DNA from: an uncultured Campylobacter sp.
GTDB lineage: Bacteria > Campylobacterota > Campylobacteria > Campylobacterales > Campylobacteraceae
Direction of reading: 5' to 3'
DNA: 35,614 bases
Assembly (NCBI GenBank): GCA_963551055.1
Contig: CAUVFI010000001.1
Location: 1 to 35,614, forward strand
The notes under the pieces were generated by a model, which was given only the letters and a program-made list of their open reading frames with translations, did no database searches and had not been told where the DNA came from. Positions 8,501 through 16,628 of the stretch are shown here, in pieces (position 1 is the stretch's first letter; the number at the start of each line of letters is the position of its first letter). A program made the translations under genes and the position numbers.

Positions 8501-9885
8501 TTTAAATTTTGCGTGCCGAAATCCACCGCAAAGCCCGTCAGCGTGCGCCAAGAAAACTCACGCTTTTTTAAAATCACGATCGGCTTGACATTGCAATCTA
8601 TCAGTGCCTCCTCCTCTGCGCTTAAGCTCGCTGTGCGGTATGCCTGCGCTGCGTCGCGACACATGATCGCAAAAGGCTTGCTTGGGCGCTTTTTGAGCGT
8701 TCGCAGCATGCGTACTGCGCGCTCGTTCGTCGCATCGCAGACGATGTGAAAGCCACCCATCCCTTTGATCGCGCCGATCTGTCCACGCCGTAAAAGCTCC
8801 GCCGTGCGTGCTATCGCCTCTTCGCCGCTTGATAAAATTTCGCCGCCCGCGCCACATAAAAACAACTGCGGACCGCAGTGCGGGCAAGAGATCGGCTCGG
8901 CGTGATAGCGGCGCGTGAGCGGGTCCGTGTATTCGCCGCGGCAGAACTCGCACATCTCAAACGCCCTCATCGTAGTATTTGCGCGGTCATACGGCAGCGC
9001 GGCGATGATGCTAAGGCGCGGGCCGCAATCCGTGCAGTTGATAAATGGGTAGTGGAAGCGCGGATTTTGGGGGTCGTAAAACTCTTTTTTGCACTGATCA
9101 CAGATCGCAAAATCGGGCAAAATCGGATTAAATTTACGCCCCTCCTTGGATTGCGTGATCTTAAAATCAGTAAAATTCTGCGTAAAATATTGCGTATTTA
9201 GATCGGTGCGGATAATTTTATCGATACGACAAAGCGACGGCGCTTCACTGCGAAGTCGCTGTTCGAAAATTTTTAAAATTTCTTCTTCGCGCAGATCTTG
9301 CTCGGCGCTTTGTGGATTGCGCTCAGTGCCCTGCAAATCCCGCGAGCAGAGATTTTGCTCGGGTAAAGCTAGCAAGATAGAGCCCTGCCCGTTTAGATTT
9401 AGCTCGGCTAAGTTGGGTAAAAATTTCTCGCTCGCTGCGGCTTGTGAATCATCCGTCAAATCAGGTGGATTTGCTAAATCGTTTATTGGATCACGTAGCG
9501 AGCCAGCCGAATCATTCGGCAAGTTCGGTACGCTTTGCGGCGAAATGGAGTTCGGATTTAAATTTAAGCCCGTAAAATTTAGTGACGAGATTGCGGTCTC
9601 GTTAGAATCCGACTTGGTAGAATTTAAAGACCGGGCAGCTGATAACGATACTTTCTGTGCTTGAATTTCGTTAGAATTTGGCTCGTCTAAATTTAAAAAG
9701 GCGGAATTTTTATCAATCGAGCCTTTTTGCGACTCGGAAAGGTCTGTGCAAACGATGATTTTAACGCCCTCGCCGTCGTTATAAACTTCGCCTTTTAGCC
9801 CCAAATCCACGGCGAGCTTGTAGACGAACGGGCGAAACCCGACCCCCTGCACTGCTCCGAAAACCTCAAATTTAGCCGCTTTCAT
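5539..9885 (-). CDS. hypF: Carbamoyltransferase HypF, about 1448 aa with four large in-frame low-complexity insertions
   Basis: Acylphosphatase-like GAVQGVGFRPF, two Zn fingers (CDQC..CTDC, CEFC..CPHC), KGMGGFH, KKRPSKPFA, TSANISGEP, QHHFAH, DGTGYG, SSLGRLFDA, SGGVFQN, NDSGIAYGQ. Likely start ATG 9885 (MKAAKF). Confidence 0.96.
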   Translation of the reverse strand: MKAAKFEVFGAVQGVGFRPFVYKLAVDLGLKGEVYNDGEGVKIIVCTDLSESQKGSIDKNSAFLNLDEPNSNEIQAQKVSLSAARSLNSTKSDSNETAISSLNFTGLNLNPNSISPQSVPNLPNDSAGSLRDPINDLANPPDLTDDSQAAASEKFLPNLAELNLNGQGSILLALPEQNLCSRDLQGTERNPQSAEQDLREEEILKIFEQRLRSEAPSLCRIDKIIRTDLNTQYFTQNFTDFKITQSKEGRKFNPILPDFAICDQCKKEFYDPQNPRFHYPFINCTDCGPRLSIIAALPYDRANTTMRAFEMCEFCRGEYTDPLTRRYHAEPISCPHCGPQLFLCGAGGEILSSGEEAIARTAELLRRGQIGAIKGMGGFHIVCDATNERAVRMLRTLKKRPSKPFAIMCRDAAQAYRTASLSAEEEALIDCNVKPIVILKKREFSWRTLTGFAVDFGTQNLKAQSKNPISPRFTSEQEETAQGQGSELQNLRNSVEKNFSTQSAENCAEQGILQSAQIFSKTAHRNFACDMLAADDSQCAVNELERAYDGSDLQCVAKNLNSPQAVSEAQATTNELKSQFAANGRELQYVSLDSWHADEQNLQLSTKISDSWLATNEPVSRSSVNTSSLQYAADRTNSRCGACEQDLQNAANKADLQRSVSEPSPQQTINLQGSCSAQACTADACGAHSDSSSDFVRLPASFSAIFKAGAIFIAPSVAPNLNKIGIFLANTGVHLLLFEYFDRPIVATSANISGEPIIFSSEELRAKLGGVISFYLDNDREILTPSDDSIAFLPPFETRASAPGSKTAHSSGKISASLPICTQTENSAQNSILTQNSATVRTLIAPQNFNGNSTDGLNFESSQRPSDTDTSCDVVNFTSKNNSNAINSAPQKNQNDANSVAEAKPVCETKSVRGAGLANSTSAPNSTNAVNLADAAKSASTANLASYTNLSAEADALDRALFLRTSRGMNPKIFPSKFHLKGTFLALGAELKNQFAIYKDGQIFISPYIGDLKNVATNERFFALLDMFVRAYELKFDAVIADLHPQFSHTRFFEQRGYPVIRYQHHFAHLVSNLAQNDLLFSGKKYLGFCFDGTGYGTDGTIWGGEVMIFNEFGFNRVAKFDEIALIGGENAIKNIYKLALALIFKFNAKDAAHEFLAKFNVSEVANLEKIAPRAVRSSSLGRLFDAFAAVICDLRAVSFDGEAGMRLENLYIQGCEQSYKFRLQKAGENFTQNAPYSASQQRGTDDLRHETERKAEQSGLNVQNHSGVKDSCALQGGFKKLEGDMASKNELEWAARNIAEGSGKKNESSAVNSINQASVLNLINLESKDASNADQSPQNRACAPSLEGECYVIDYEEAFLQALHDEPRLAATKFIKGLANFIAEFAEDFGLEVVLSGGVFQNATLLNLTCEKLRERGIKFHLNRAVPCNDSGIAYGQLAAYLSEISR
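7028..7137 (-). repeat. Degenerate 18-bp (6-aa) tandem repeat in the third HypF insert
   Basis: Translation ANSTSA PNSTNA VNLADA AKSAST ANLASY TNLSAE. Confidence 0.7.
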
Positions 9886-10168
9886 GCGCGTACCGTCATA
9901 AATTGCGCGACGCCGGAGCCGTTTTGCGAGCAAAATGCGCTTGCGGCGGGCGGACAAAGCGTTCCGGATGCTGCAAAATGTGCTCTAAATTTAATAAAAT
10001 TTGTTCCTTCACGCTCGCGCCCTTTGCCGTGTTTTTGAAATTTTACGCGAATTATCGCGCCAAGTTTGATCCGCACGGCGCGGCCGTCAATACCGCAATG
10101 CCCGCGCAACTCGCTGTTTTGCGGATAAGACTTTGAAGCTTTGCCGAAAATTCGCATATACGCCCGAT

Positions 10169-11806
10169 CTAGCGAGCCTGAAGTGCGAAGCTGTCGCTAA
10201 AGCTCGCGTCAAAATTTTTGCAAAGTTTAAGCATCAAATCCGCAAATTTGCGCCCGCTAAACATCGCTCCACCGAAGATCAAAACGTCAAAGTCCTCTTT
10301 TCGCTCATCCGCCAGATCACTTAAAAAATAGCCTAAACTATCGAAAAATCCGAACGCAAACAGCTTTTCATTGGCGCCTGCGAGCGCATAGCTCATCGCT
10401 GAACGCAAAATTTTATCCGCTTGCACGCAGCCTCGTTCATCGGTACAAAAATCGAGTCGTACCCCTTTGCCGCCCGCAAAATCCTCCGCAGCCGCTATCA
10501 AAAACGCCGCATCGCGCCCCCAGATAAGCTGTGCGGCGACGCTAAAGATGCTGTGAAATCCTGCGTTTGCGCTTTTTAAAATTTCATCGATTTTTGCGGC
10601 GTTTACGCTAAATTTGGCGCTGAAATTTTCAAGCAGCTTTGCGCCTGTTTCGTCCGCGCAAATTTGAGCCTTGAGTTCGTCAAAGCTGCGCGGCAGATTA
10701 AATTTAAGCAGAATTTTTTTAGAGCTTTCGCCATAAATTGCGATCTCATCGTCCGTGCCCACGCCCAAAAAACAGCGCAAAACGCGTTTTTTGGAATCGT
10801 TCAAAACCCCCTTTTCGCGGCACGTAAGCGCAAAAAGAGCGGAGTTTTTGTCCTTTGAGTTTTTTAGGTAAGCACTCGCGCTGCCGCTTAAAAAGTCCTC
10901 GTTTTGCACGATCAAAAAGCCGTTTTGCAGCGGCGCGACCTTAAAAATTTTATCTTTCTGCGCCGCGCTTTCGCATTTTGCGCTTAAAAAATAGATCCCG
11001 TCGCTTGCTAAAGCGCGCACCAGCGCAAACACGAATATGTCGCCCGCAAGCTTTACGTCAAAAAATTTAGGCGTGTCCTCGTGATTTTTTCTAAAGATTG
11101 CATTGGTTTTTAGGCTTATGAGTGGCTTTTCGAAGGCTGCGAGCGCGATTTTGCTCTTTTCATCGCTCACAAAAATCCCATCCAACGCCCCCACTCCCGC
11201 GGCTATCAAAAAATCGGCGCTAAAATCCACGTCCGCTTTGAGCGTGAAAGTTGCGCCACCGCGCTTAATCTGCACCTGCTGAGCATGAAATAAGTTTATG
11301 CGGCAAAACTCCAGTAAGCAAGCAAAATTCTCCCTACTTACCGCTTCAAATTTTCCCTCATGAAGCACGTCGGCGCCGCTTATTATTCCGAATTCGTTTT
11401 GAGACGGCTCGGCGCGAGCGAGGTATTCCTTCATCACTCGCGGGGTAAAGTTATTAAATTTAGCCGCGCTATGGGCGTTTGAAATTTCATCCTCTAAAAA
11501 TTTGCTTAAATCGCCCAAGGAGGCATCTTCAAACATGCCGTTAAATTTCAGCGCTTTCGCTTCGGCGCTGCCCTCGTCCACCACGCGCACGGAGGATTTT
11601 GCCAAAAATATGGAGTTTGGGATCAGTGGCATCGCCTCGTCGCTAAATTTTAAAATTTCATCCTCGCCGCCACGCACGAAAAGGCTTATTAAGCTCGCCT
11701 CTTTTTTCAGGCAAAACTCAAGTGCGCTTTTGCGAGCATAAAACAGCAAGAAGTACGCTATCAGCGCGTTTTCATTAAGGTAGTTAAACTCATATGCAAC
11801 TATCAT
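10169..11806 (-). CDS. hydE: HydE family protein (Campylobacterota hydrogenase-associated, function unknown)
   Basis: Lies directly after hydD and before hypF. MIVAYEF start overlaps the hydD 3' end with a GGGGG RBS. About 545 aa with faint HypF-like segments. Confidence 0.82.
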   Translation of the reverse strand: MIVAYEFNYLNENALIAYFLLFYARKSALEFCLKKEASLISLFVRGGEDEILKFSDEAMPLIPNSIFLAKSSVRVVDEGSAEAKALKFNGMFEDASLGDLSKFLEDEISNAHSAAKFNNFTPRVMKEYLARAEPSQNEFGIISGADVLHEGKFEAVSRENFACLLEFCRINLFHAQQVQIKRGGATFTLKADVDFSADFLIAAGVGALDGIFVSDEKSKIALAAFEKPLISLKTNAIFRKNHEDTPKFFDVKLAGDIFVFALVRALASDGIYFLSAKCESAAQKDKIFKVAPLQNGFLIVQNEDFLSGSASAYLKNSKDKNSALFALTCREKGVLNDSKKRVLRCFLGVGTDDEIAIYGESSKKILLKFNLPRSFDELKAQICADETGAKLLENFSAKFSVNAAKIDEILKSANAGFHSIFSVAAQLIWGRDAAFLIAAAEDFAGGKGVRLDFCTDERGCVQADKILRSAMSYALAGANEKLFAFGFFDSLGYFLSDLADERKEDFDVLIFGGAMFSGRKFADLMLKLCKNFDASFSDSFALQAR

Positions 11807-12695
11807 CTCGCCCCCTTTTTGCAAATCGATCCGCGATATCTTGGGCGCTGAGATCAGCGATTTTTTCATGCGCGAAGCCAAGATCCGATAGGTACTTAAG
11901 CGCCGTTTTTTCCATGATTTTTGAGGACTCTAAAATCACGGAGCTTAGCTTGAAGCTCGCCTCCTCGATGCGCCGCGGCACGACAGCTAGAATTTTAACG
12001 TGAGGCAGATCGCCGCAAAGATCCATCATCTGCAGGGTTTGAAGCATTTCGACCTCGTGCGCCGAGCCGCTCCAGCTGATCTGCTTAGGCATCGCCTCGT
12101 AGTCGTAAAAATACACCTCGCCGCCCTTTGCGCCGTCCGCGTCTATGCAATCGACGAGTAAAATTTCATCAAATTCCACCATCGTAGGCATCAAAAAGCT
12201 AGCCAGAGTCCCGCCGTCGATAAATCGGATCTGATCCGCGCTGTTGCTCGGCGCGGCTGAATTTACGGCGATGAAGTCCGCATTGATAGAGCTTTGCACT
12301 GCGGAATTTATGACGGAATTCTGCGAAGTAAAATTTGAAGCGCAATTCTGCTTTGCGGAATTTTGAGCGGCAAAATTTCGATCTAAATTTACCGCCTTGG
12401 AATTTCGGAGAGAATTTACTGCCGCGGAATTTCGCTCGGAGATAAAATTTTCGCTCGCAGAATTTTGCATGGAGTCGCATTCTATGGAATTTTGCGAGGT
12501 AGAATTTTGTATCGCAGATACTTGGACAGAATTTTGCATAAAATTCTGCGCTGCAAAATTCTCGCCCGCCATAGAATTTCGCGCGGCGGTTTTAGGATAA
12601 AATTTATAGTTCTGCGCGAGCGCGCGGACGAAGTGCACGCCTATGCCCTCGTCCGCGTAGATGACGTTGCCGATACCCAGTACCAGCACCCTCAA
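11790..12695 (-). CDS. hydD: Hydrogenase maturation endopeptidase HydD with an insert of about 120 aa
   Basis: VLGIGNVIYADEGIGV, IDGGT, LLVDCID, SAHEVEMLQTL. Overlaps the hydC stop. Confidence 0.96.
   Translation of the reverse strand: MRVLVLGIGNVIYADEGIGVHFVRALAQNYKFYPKTAARNSMAGENFAAQNFMQNSVQVSAIQNSTSQNSIECDSMQNSASENFISERNSAAVNSLRNSKAVNLDRNFAAQNSAKQNCASNFTSQNSVINSAVQSSINADFIAVNSAAPSNSADQIRFIDGGTLASFLMPTMVEFDEILLVDCIDADGAKGGEVYFYDYEAMPKQISWSGSAHEVEMLQTLQMMDLCGDLPHVKILAVVPRRIEEASFKLSSVILESSKIMEKTALKYLSDLGFAHEKIADLSAQDIADRFAKRGRDDSCI
12259..12605. repeat. RAATTY-cored degenerate repeat tract (QNS/QNF-type units) inside hydD
   Basis: About 19 RAATTY sites in about 350 bp, mostly 12-18 bp apart, encoding e.g. 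AQNFMQNSVQ, IQNSTSQNSI, AQNSAKQNC. Confidence 0.85.
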
Positions 12696-13366
12696 GCGTG
12701 CTCTTCCTTTTTAAATTTATAGCCGCTTACGATCGCATCCATCGCGCCGTCCCTGCCCTTGACGGCGTTAAAGACCGCCATATAGACGTGGATCGGCACG
12801 AAGATTATGATGATATTCATGCAAAGATGATGTATCATTCGCACTTCGCTTAGACCGCCCATCGCAGCTTCCAGCGGGCGCAAGAGCCCGTATAGCGCGC
12901 CGCCGAGCCCCTCGTGATAGACGTGCACATATAATATCATACCCGTTAGGCAGATTACGAACAGCACTAGATAAAAGCCCAAATAGGAGATGAACTGTAG
13001 CGGGTTATAAACGCCGCGAAGATGCGGGTGCTCGCCCAAAAAGATATAGTATTTGATCTGAGCGATCCAGACGCGCGGGCTAAAAAAATCCTTGATGCTT
13101 AAAAGCTCTTTTCTGCTCTTTTTATCGAAGAAGAAAAGATAGGTTTTAAAGATCGCCGCACCGATCATCGCAAAGCCGAAGATCAGATGCACGAATCTAA
13201 ATTTAGCCTGCATGAAAAGCACCGGCTCGGGATTTACCTCGGGCGCGGTGAAAACAAAGGCGATGTAATATCCGGTGATCACCAAAATCGTAATGCAAAG
13301 CGCGCGCAGCCAGTGCGTGAGCCTAAGACCGATTGAGAACTCGTATTCCGCAAATCTTTTTTTCAT
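12692..13366 (-). CDS. hydC: [NiFe]-hydrogenase cytochrome b subunit
   Basis: RLTHW, RFVH, YNPLQ, RMIHH and IHVYM heme-ligand motifs in four hydrophobic helices. Confidence 0.98.
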   Translation of the reverse strand: MKKRFAEYEFSIGLRLTHWLRALCITILVITGYYIAFVFTAPEVNPEPVLFMQAKFRFVHLIFGFAMIGAAIFKTYLFFFDKKSRKELLSIKDFFSPRVWIAQIKYYIFLGEHPHLRGVYNPLQFISYLGFYLVLFVICLTGMILYVHVYHEGLGGALYGLLRPLEAAMGGLSEVRMIHHLCMNIIIIFVPIHVYMAVFNAVKGRDGAMDAIVSGYKFKKEEHA

Positions 13367-13369
13367 CGT

Positions 13370-15091
13370 TTATCCTTTGCTGGGATCTACCCTATAGCAG
13401 CCAAGCTCCGCTCCTTTAGCGTCCATTACGTGTACGGCGCAAGCGATGCAAGGATCGTAAGAGTGGATACGGCGGATGATCTCTAGCGGCTTGGAAAGAT
13501 CGGCAAGTTTAAGTCCGATCAAACAGGATTCGTAAGCACCCATAGCGCCGTCTTTATCCTTCGGTGTGGCGTTCCAAGTAGATGGTACGACCGCCTGCCA
13601 GTTTTTGATGACGCCCTTTTCGATCCTGCACCAGTGGCTAAGCGCGCCGCGCGGTACGTGACCGATATAGCGACCTTTGTACTCTTTGGAGTTATCGATT
13701 ACATATTTTGCGCAGGTTTGCGTATCGCCGCTTTTGATGTTTGCGATCAAATTTTCTAGTGCGATCAGTCCGTTGTCGGCAACGACTTTAGCCTCGATCA
13801 TACGGCACGCCGTTCGTCCAAGCGTCGAAAATACCGCTTCAAGCGGCAAGCCGGCGTCTTTTAGGAATTGATCCACGACCTTTACTACGCGCTCGTTTTT
13901 CTTAGCGTAATTTACCACGATATTTGCAAGCGGTCCTACCTGAAGCGGCTTGCCGTCGTAGCGCGGAGCCTTGATCCAGGTGTATTTGCCCTGGGTATCA
14001 AGTACCTTCGTATGCGCTTCTTTGCCGTGCGCGTCGATACTCTGTCCGTCCTTAAGGCCCGTATAATTCGGCTCCTGCTCGCCGTCGTAAGGATGAAGCG
14101 CCGCATCGTTTTTATACCACGCATGCGTTGCCTCCTCGGTGATCTTGTTTTCATCCAGCTCCAAAACCTTGCTAATATCGCCGTCAAGGATCATGCCGCT
14201 TTGAAATAGCCATTCGTTCTTTGAAAGCTGAAATTCTTGATGAGTCCATAAATTTGCCACGCCGATATCGTTTAGTACGCTAGGCTCGTTGCCGTAAGCC
14301 TTCGCAGCCATTACGAGATCAGGATAGTAGGCGCGATTTACGAAGTCCGCGACCTCTTTAAATTTAGACATATATTCACCCAGTCTTGCAGGGCTTAGGA
14401 TATCCATTACGCAGGTTACACCGCCTACGGTGAGGCTTTGCGGATGAGGCTGTTTCGCACCGAATATCGCCATCATCTGAGCCGCCGTGCGCTGAATGCG
14501 CAAACACTCAAGATAGTGCGAAAGAGCGATCAAATTTTGCTCCGGGCTAAGCTTATATGTTGGGTGGCCGAAGTAGGCGTTGGCGAAAGGCCCCAAAGCG
14601 CCTTTCTTAACAAAAGCGCCCACGCGATCTTGCACCTCTTTTAGTTTATCCGCACCGCACGCATAAGGGGTATCGCAGTATTTAAACGCCTCCTCGCTAG
14701 CCTTTTTAGGATCGGCGCTAAGAGCGCTTACTACATCTACGAAATCAAGCCCATGGAGCTGATAAAAATGCACCGGATGATCGTGCAAAAATAGCGCGTT
14801 AGCCATCAGCGTGCGCGTTAGCAAGGCATTTAGCGGCGGAGTGATACCGAGGGCGTTTTCTACCGCGACGATGCCCGCTTTGTAGTGCGAGAAGGTGCAG
14901 ACGCCGCAAATTCTTTGCATAAAAAATCCCGCGTCGCGCGGATCTCTATTTTTTACTATAGTCTCAAGCCCGCGCCATAGCGTCGAGCTACTATAGGCCT
15001 CGCGGACGACGTTTTCATCATCCACTACGACCTCTATTCTTAAATGTCCCTCTATTCTGGTTATCGGATCTATTACGATTCTTTGCGACAT
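13370..15091 (-). CDS. hydB: Group 1 [NiFe]-hydrogenase large subunit
   Basis: IDPITRIEGH, L1 motif QRICGVC, L2 motif YDPCIACAVH followed by a cleavable C-terminal tail. Confidence 0.99.
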   Translation of the reverse strand: MSQRIVIDPITRIEGHLRIEVVVDDENVVREAYSSSTLWRGLETIVKNRDPRDAGFFMQRICGVCTFSHYKAGIVAVENALGITPPLNALLTRTLMANALFLHDHPVHFYQLHGLDFVDVVSALSADPKKASEEAFKYCDTPYACGADKLKEVQDRVGAFVKKGALGPFANAYFGHPTYKLSPEQNLIALSHYLECLRIQRTAAQMMAIFGAKQPHPQSLTVGGVTCVMDILSPARLGEYMSKFKEVADFVNRAYYPDLVMAAKAYGNEPSVLNDIGVANLWTHQEFQLSKNEWLFQSGMILDGDISKVLELDENKITEEATHAWYKNDAALHPYDGEQEPNYTGLKDGQSIDAHGKEAHTKVLDTQGKYTWIKAPRYDGKPLQVGPLANIVVNYAKKNERVVKVVDQFLKDAGLPLEAVFSTLGRTACRMIEAKVVADNGLIALENLIANIKSGDTQTCAKYVIDNSKEYKGRYIGHVPRGALSHWCRIEKGVIKNWQAVVPSTWNATPKDKDGAMGAYESCLIGLKLADLSKPLEIIRRIHSYDPCIACAVHVMDAKGAELGCYRVDPSKG

Positions 15092-15093
15092 GA

Positions 15094-16239
15094 TTATTCC
15101 CCTTTATCTTTCTTAAATGACGCAATCGCCGCGTGTGCCGCTACCGCAACACCCGTGATCGCTAAAATTCCGACACCTATCTTATCTGCGGTAGCATCAG
15201 CGCCGAGCCCGCCGAAAACACTTTCGTAAAGATGATCCGCCAAAGGCTCCTCAAAGGGTCCCATATGATCCCAAAAATCAGGCTCCGAGCAGCCTATGCA
15301 GCCGTGACCCGCCTGTACCGGCCAGCTAGTGTGGGAGTTGAAGCGTTCGCGCGAGCAGTTATTAAATGTATAAGGGCCCTTGCAGCCTACTTTATAAAGG
15401 CAATATCCGTCCTTTGCGCCCGCATCGCCGAAGCTTTCTACAAACTCGCCCGCGTCGAAATGTCCGCGGCGCTCGCACAGATCGTGGATGCGCAGCCCGT
15501 AAGCCCATTTCGGTCGGTTATAAACGTCTAGGCTTGGAAGCGTGCCGAAAAGGATGAAATTTAGCACGTTACCTACGATATTTTTTTCGTTAGGCGGACA
15601 GCCTGGAATGTTGACGACGGGTTTGTTTATGATTTTGTCCAAACCTACGGCGCCGGTCGGATTCGGAGCTGCGGCTTGGATACCGCCGAAACTCGAACAG
15701 GTGCCGATAGCAAATATCGCCGCAGCGCCTTCGGCAGCATCTTTGCAGTGCTGAGCTCCGCTCTTGCCCTCAGGACCCACGGTTAGGAAAAATTCATTCT
15801 CGCCGCTTGGGATTCCGCCCTCGACCATTAAAATATAGCGCCCCTTGTATTTTTCGATCGCGCCCTCTAAATTTTCCTCGGCTTGCCAGCCTGCGGCAGC
15901 CATTATCGTCTCGTGGTATTCAAGGCTGATGTAATCGAATATGAGGCTGTCGATCGTAGGCGTCTCGGTGCGTAGCAAGCTCTCGCTACAGCCCGTGCAC
16001 TCCGCCATATGAAGCCAGATCACAGGCAAGCGATCCGCAAGCTCCGCAGCTCGCGCCACGCTCGGCGCAAATGCGGCCGGAAGCCCTAGCATCGCGGTCA
16101 TCGCTCCGCTCCATTTCATAAAATCGCGGCGCGAAAAACCTTTGCTCTTAAGTCTTTCTTGTATGCTTTCCTCCGCTTTTATTCGCGGCAAACGCTCAAC
16201 GGCATCAAGTCTAGCCGAAATTTGAGCCAAATCAACCAT
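15094..16239 (-). CDS. hydA: [NiFe]-hydrogenase small subunit, Tat-exported
   Basis: SRRDFMK Tat motif, ECTGCSES, PGCPP, HDLCERR, CLYKVGCKGP, GCIGC and a C-terminal transmembrane anchor. GGAGG RBS. Confidence 0.99.
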   Translation of the reverse strand: MVDLAQISARLDAVERLPRIKAEESIQERLKSKGFSRRDFMKWSGAMTAMLGLPAAFAPSVARAAELADRLPVIWLHMAECTGCSESLLRTETPTIDSLIFDYISLEYHETIMAAAGWQAEENLEGAIEKYKGRYILMVEGGIPSGENEFFLTVGPEGKSGAQHCKDAAEGAAAIFAIGTCSSFGGIQAAAPNPTGAVGLDKIINKPVVNIPGCPPNEKNIVGNVLNFILFGTLPSLDVYNRPKWAYGLRIHDLCERRGHFDAGEFVESFGDAGAKDGYCLYKVGCKGPYTFNNCSRERFNSHTSWPVQAGHGCIGCSEPDFWDHMGPFEEPLADHLYESVFGGLGADATADKIGVGILAITGVAVAAHAAIASFKKDKGE

Positions 16240-16275
16240 AATGTCCTCCTGAAATTTAGGATATTTTTAAATGGC

Positions 16276-16284
16276 ATTCTATCA
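16276..16284 (-). promoter_or_regulatory. Extended -10 promoter (TGaTAGAAT) of hydABCDE
   Basis: TG-n-TAGAAT on the minus strand about 37 nt upstream of the hydA ATG, in AT-rich context. Confidence 0.6.
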
Positions 16285-16530
16285 AAATTTAGAATTCATG
16301 CACCTTAAATTTCGTTAGATTTAATTAAAATTTTATATTTATTCATCGTCTAGCAGGTTTTAAATTTAAAAATAAAAGGCGGATTAAAATTTGACGCGGC
16401 GGACGAAACATTAAATTACGGCGGAGAAAGCATTGAATTTTATGAAGCGTTAAAATTTACGAATCAATGAAATTTTATCCAAGAATTTTATAGTATCAAA
16501 AAATATTTTAGGATAAAGCAGACGTAGGTT

Positions 16531-16602
16531 GGATGATTTTGTGAAATACTAGCGAGGCGCACTATTTGCGCGCCGCAGCGAAGTATTTTTGCAAAATCAT
16601 CC
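16531..16602. repeat. 72-bp nested palindromic element downstream of mfrE
   Basis: Outer arms GGATGATTTTG/CAAAATCATCC, then AAATACT/AGTATTT, and an inner GGCGC...GCGCC hairpin. Confidence 0.8.
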
Positions 16603-16628
16603 GTTAAATTTTAGAAAATTTCCAAAGA

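Noticed and set aside
7571..8749. 392-aa plus-strand ORF opposite HypF insert 2 (also 9146-9664)
   Set aside because: Codon-register antisense of hypF extending into conserved hypF sequence, with no RBS or family motif; not a passenger gene.
5840..9745. HypF inserts as inteins or self-splicing introns
   Set aside because: No terminal His-Asn followed by Cys/Ser/Thr, no endonuclease motifs and no recognisable intron core.
9886..9957. ORF-track start of hypF at TTG 9957 with RR-rich leader
   Set aside because: HypF similarity begins at MKAAKF (9885); the leader has no hydrophobic region, so it is not a Tat signal.
12259..12605. hydD repeat tract as a CRISPR array
   Set aside because: The repeat core is only 6 bp with irregular short spacing, lies in a coding frame, and has no cas genes nearby.
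13420..13460. Selenocysteine-containing hydrogenase
   Set aside because: The L2 motif is DPCIAC with ordinary Cys codons and no in-frame TGA.
16240..16500. NikR operator upstream of hydA
   Set aside because: No convincing match to known NikR dyads could be separated from the AT-rich background by eye.
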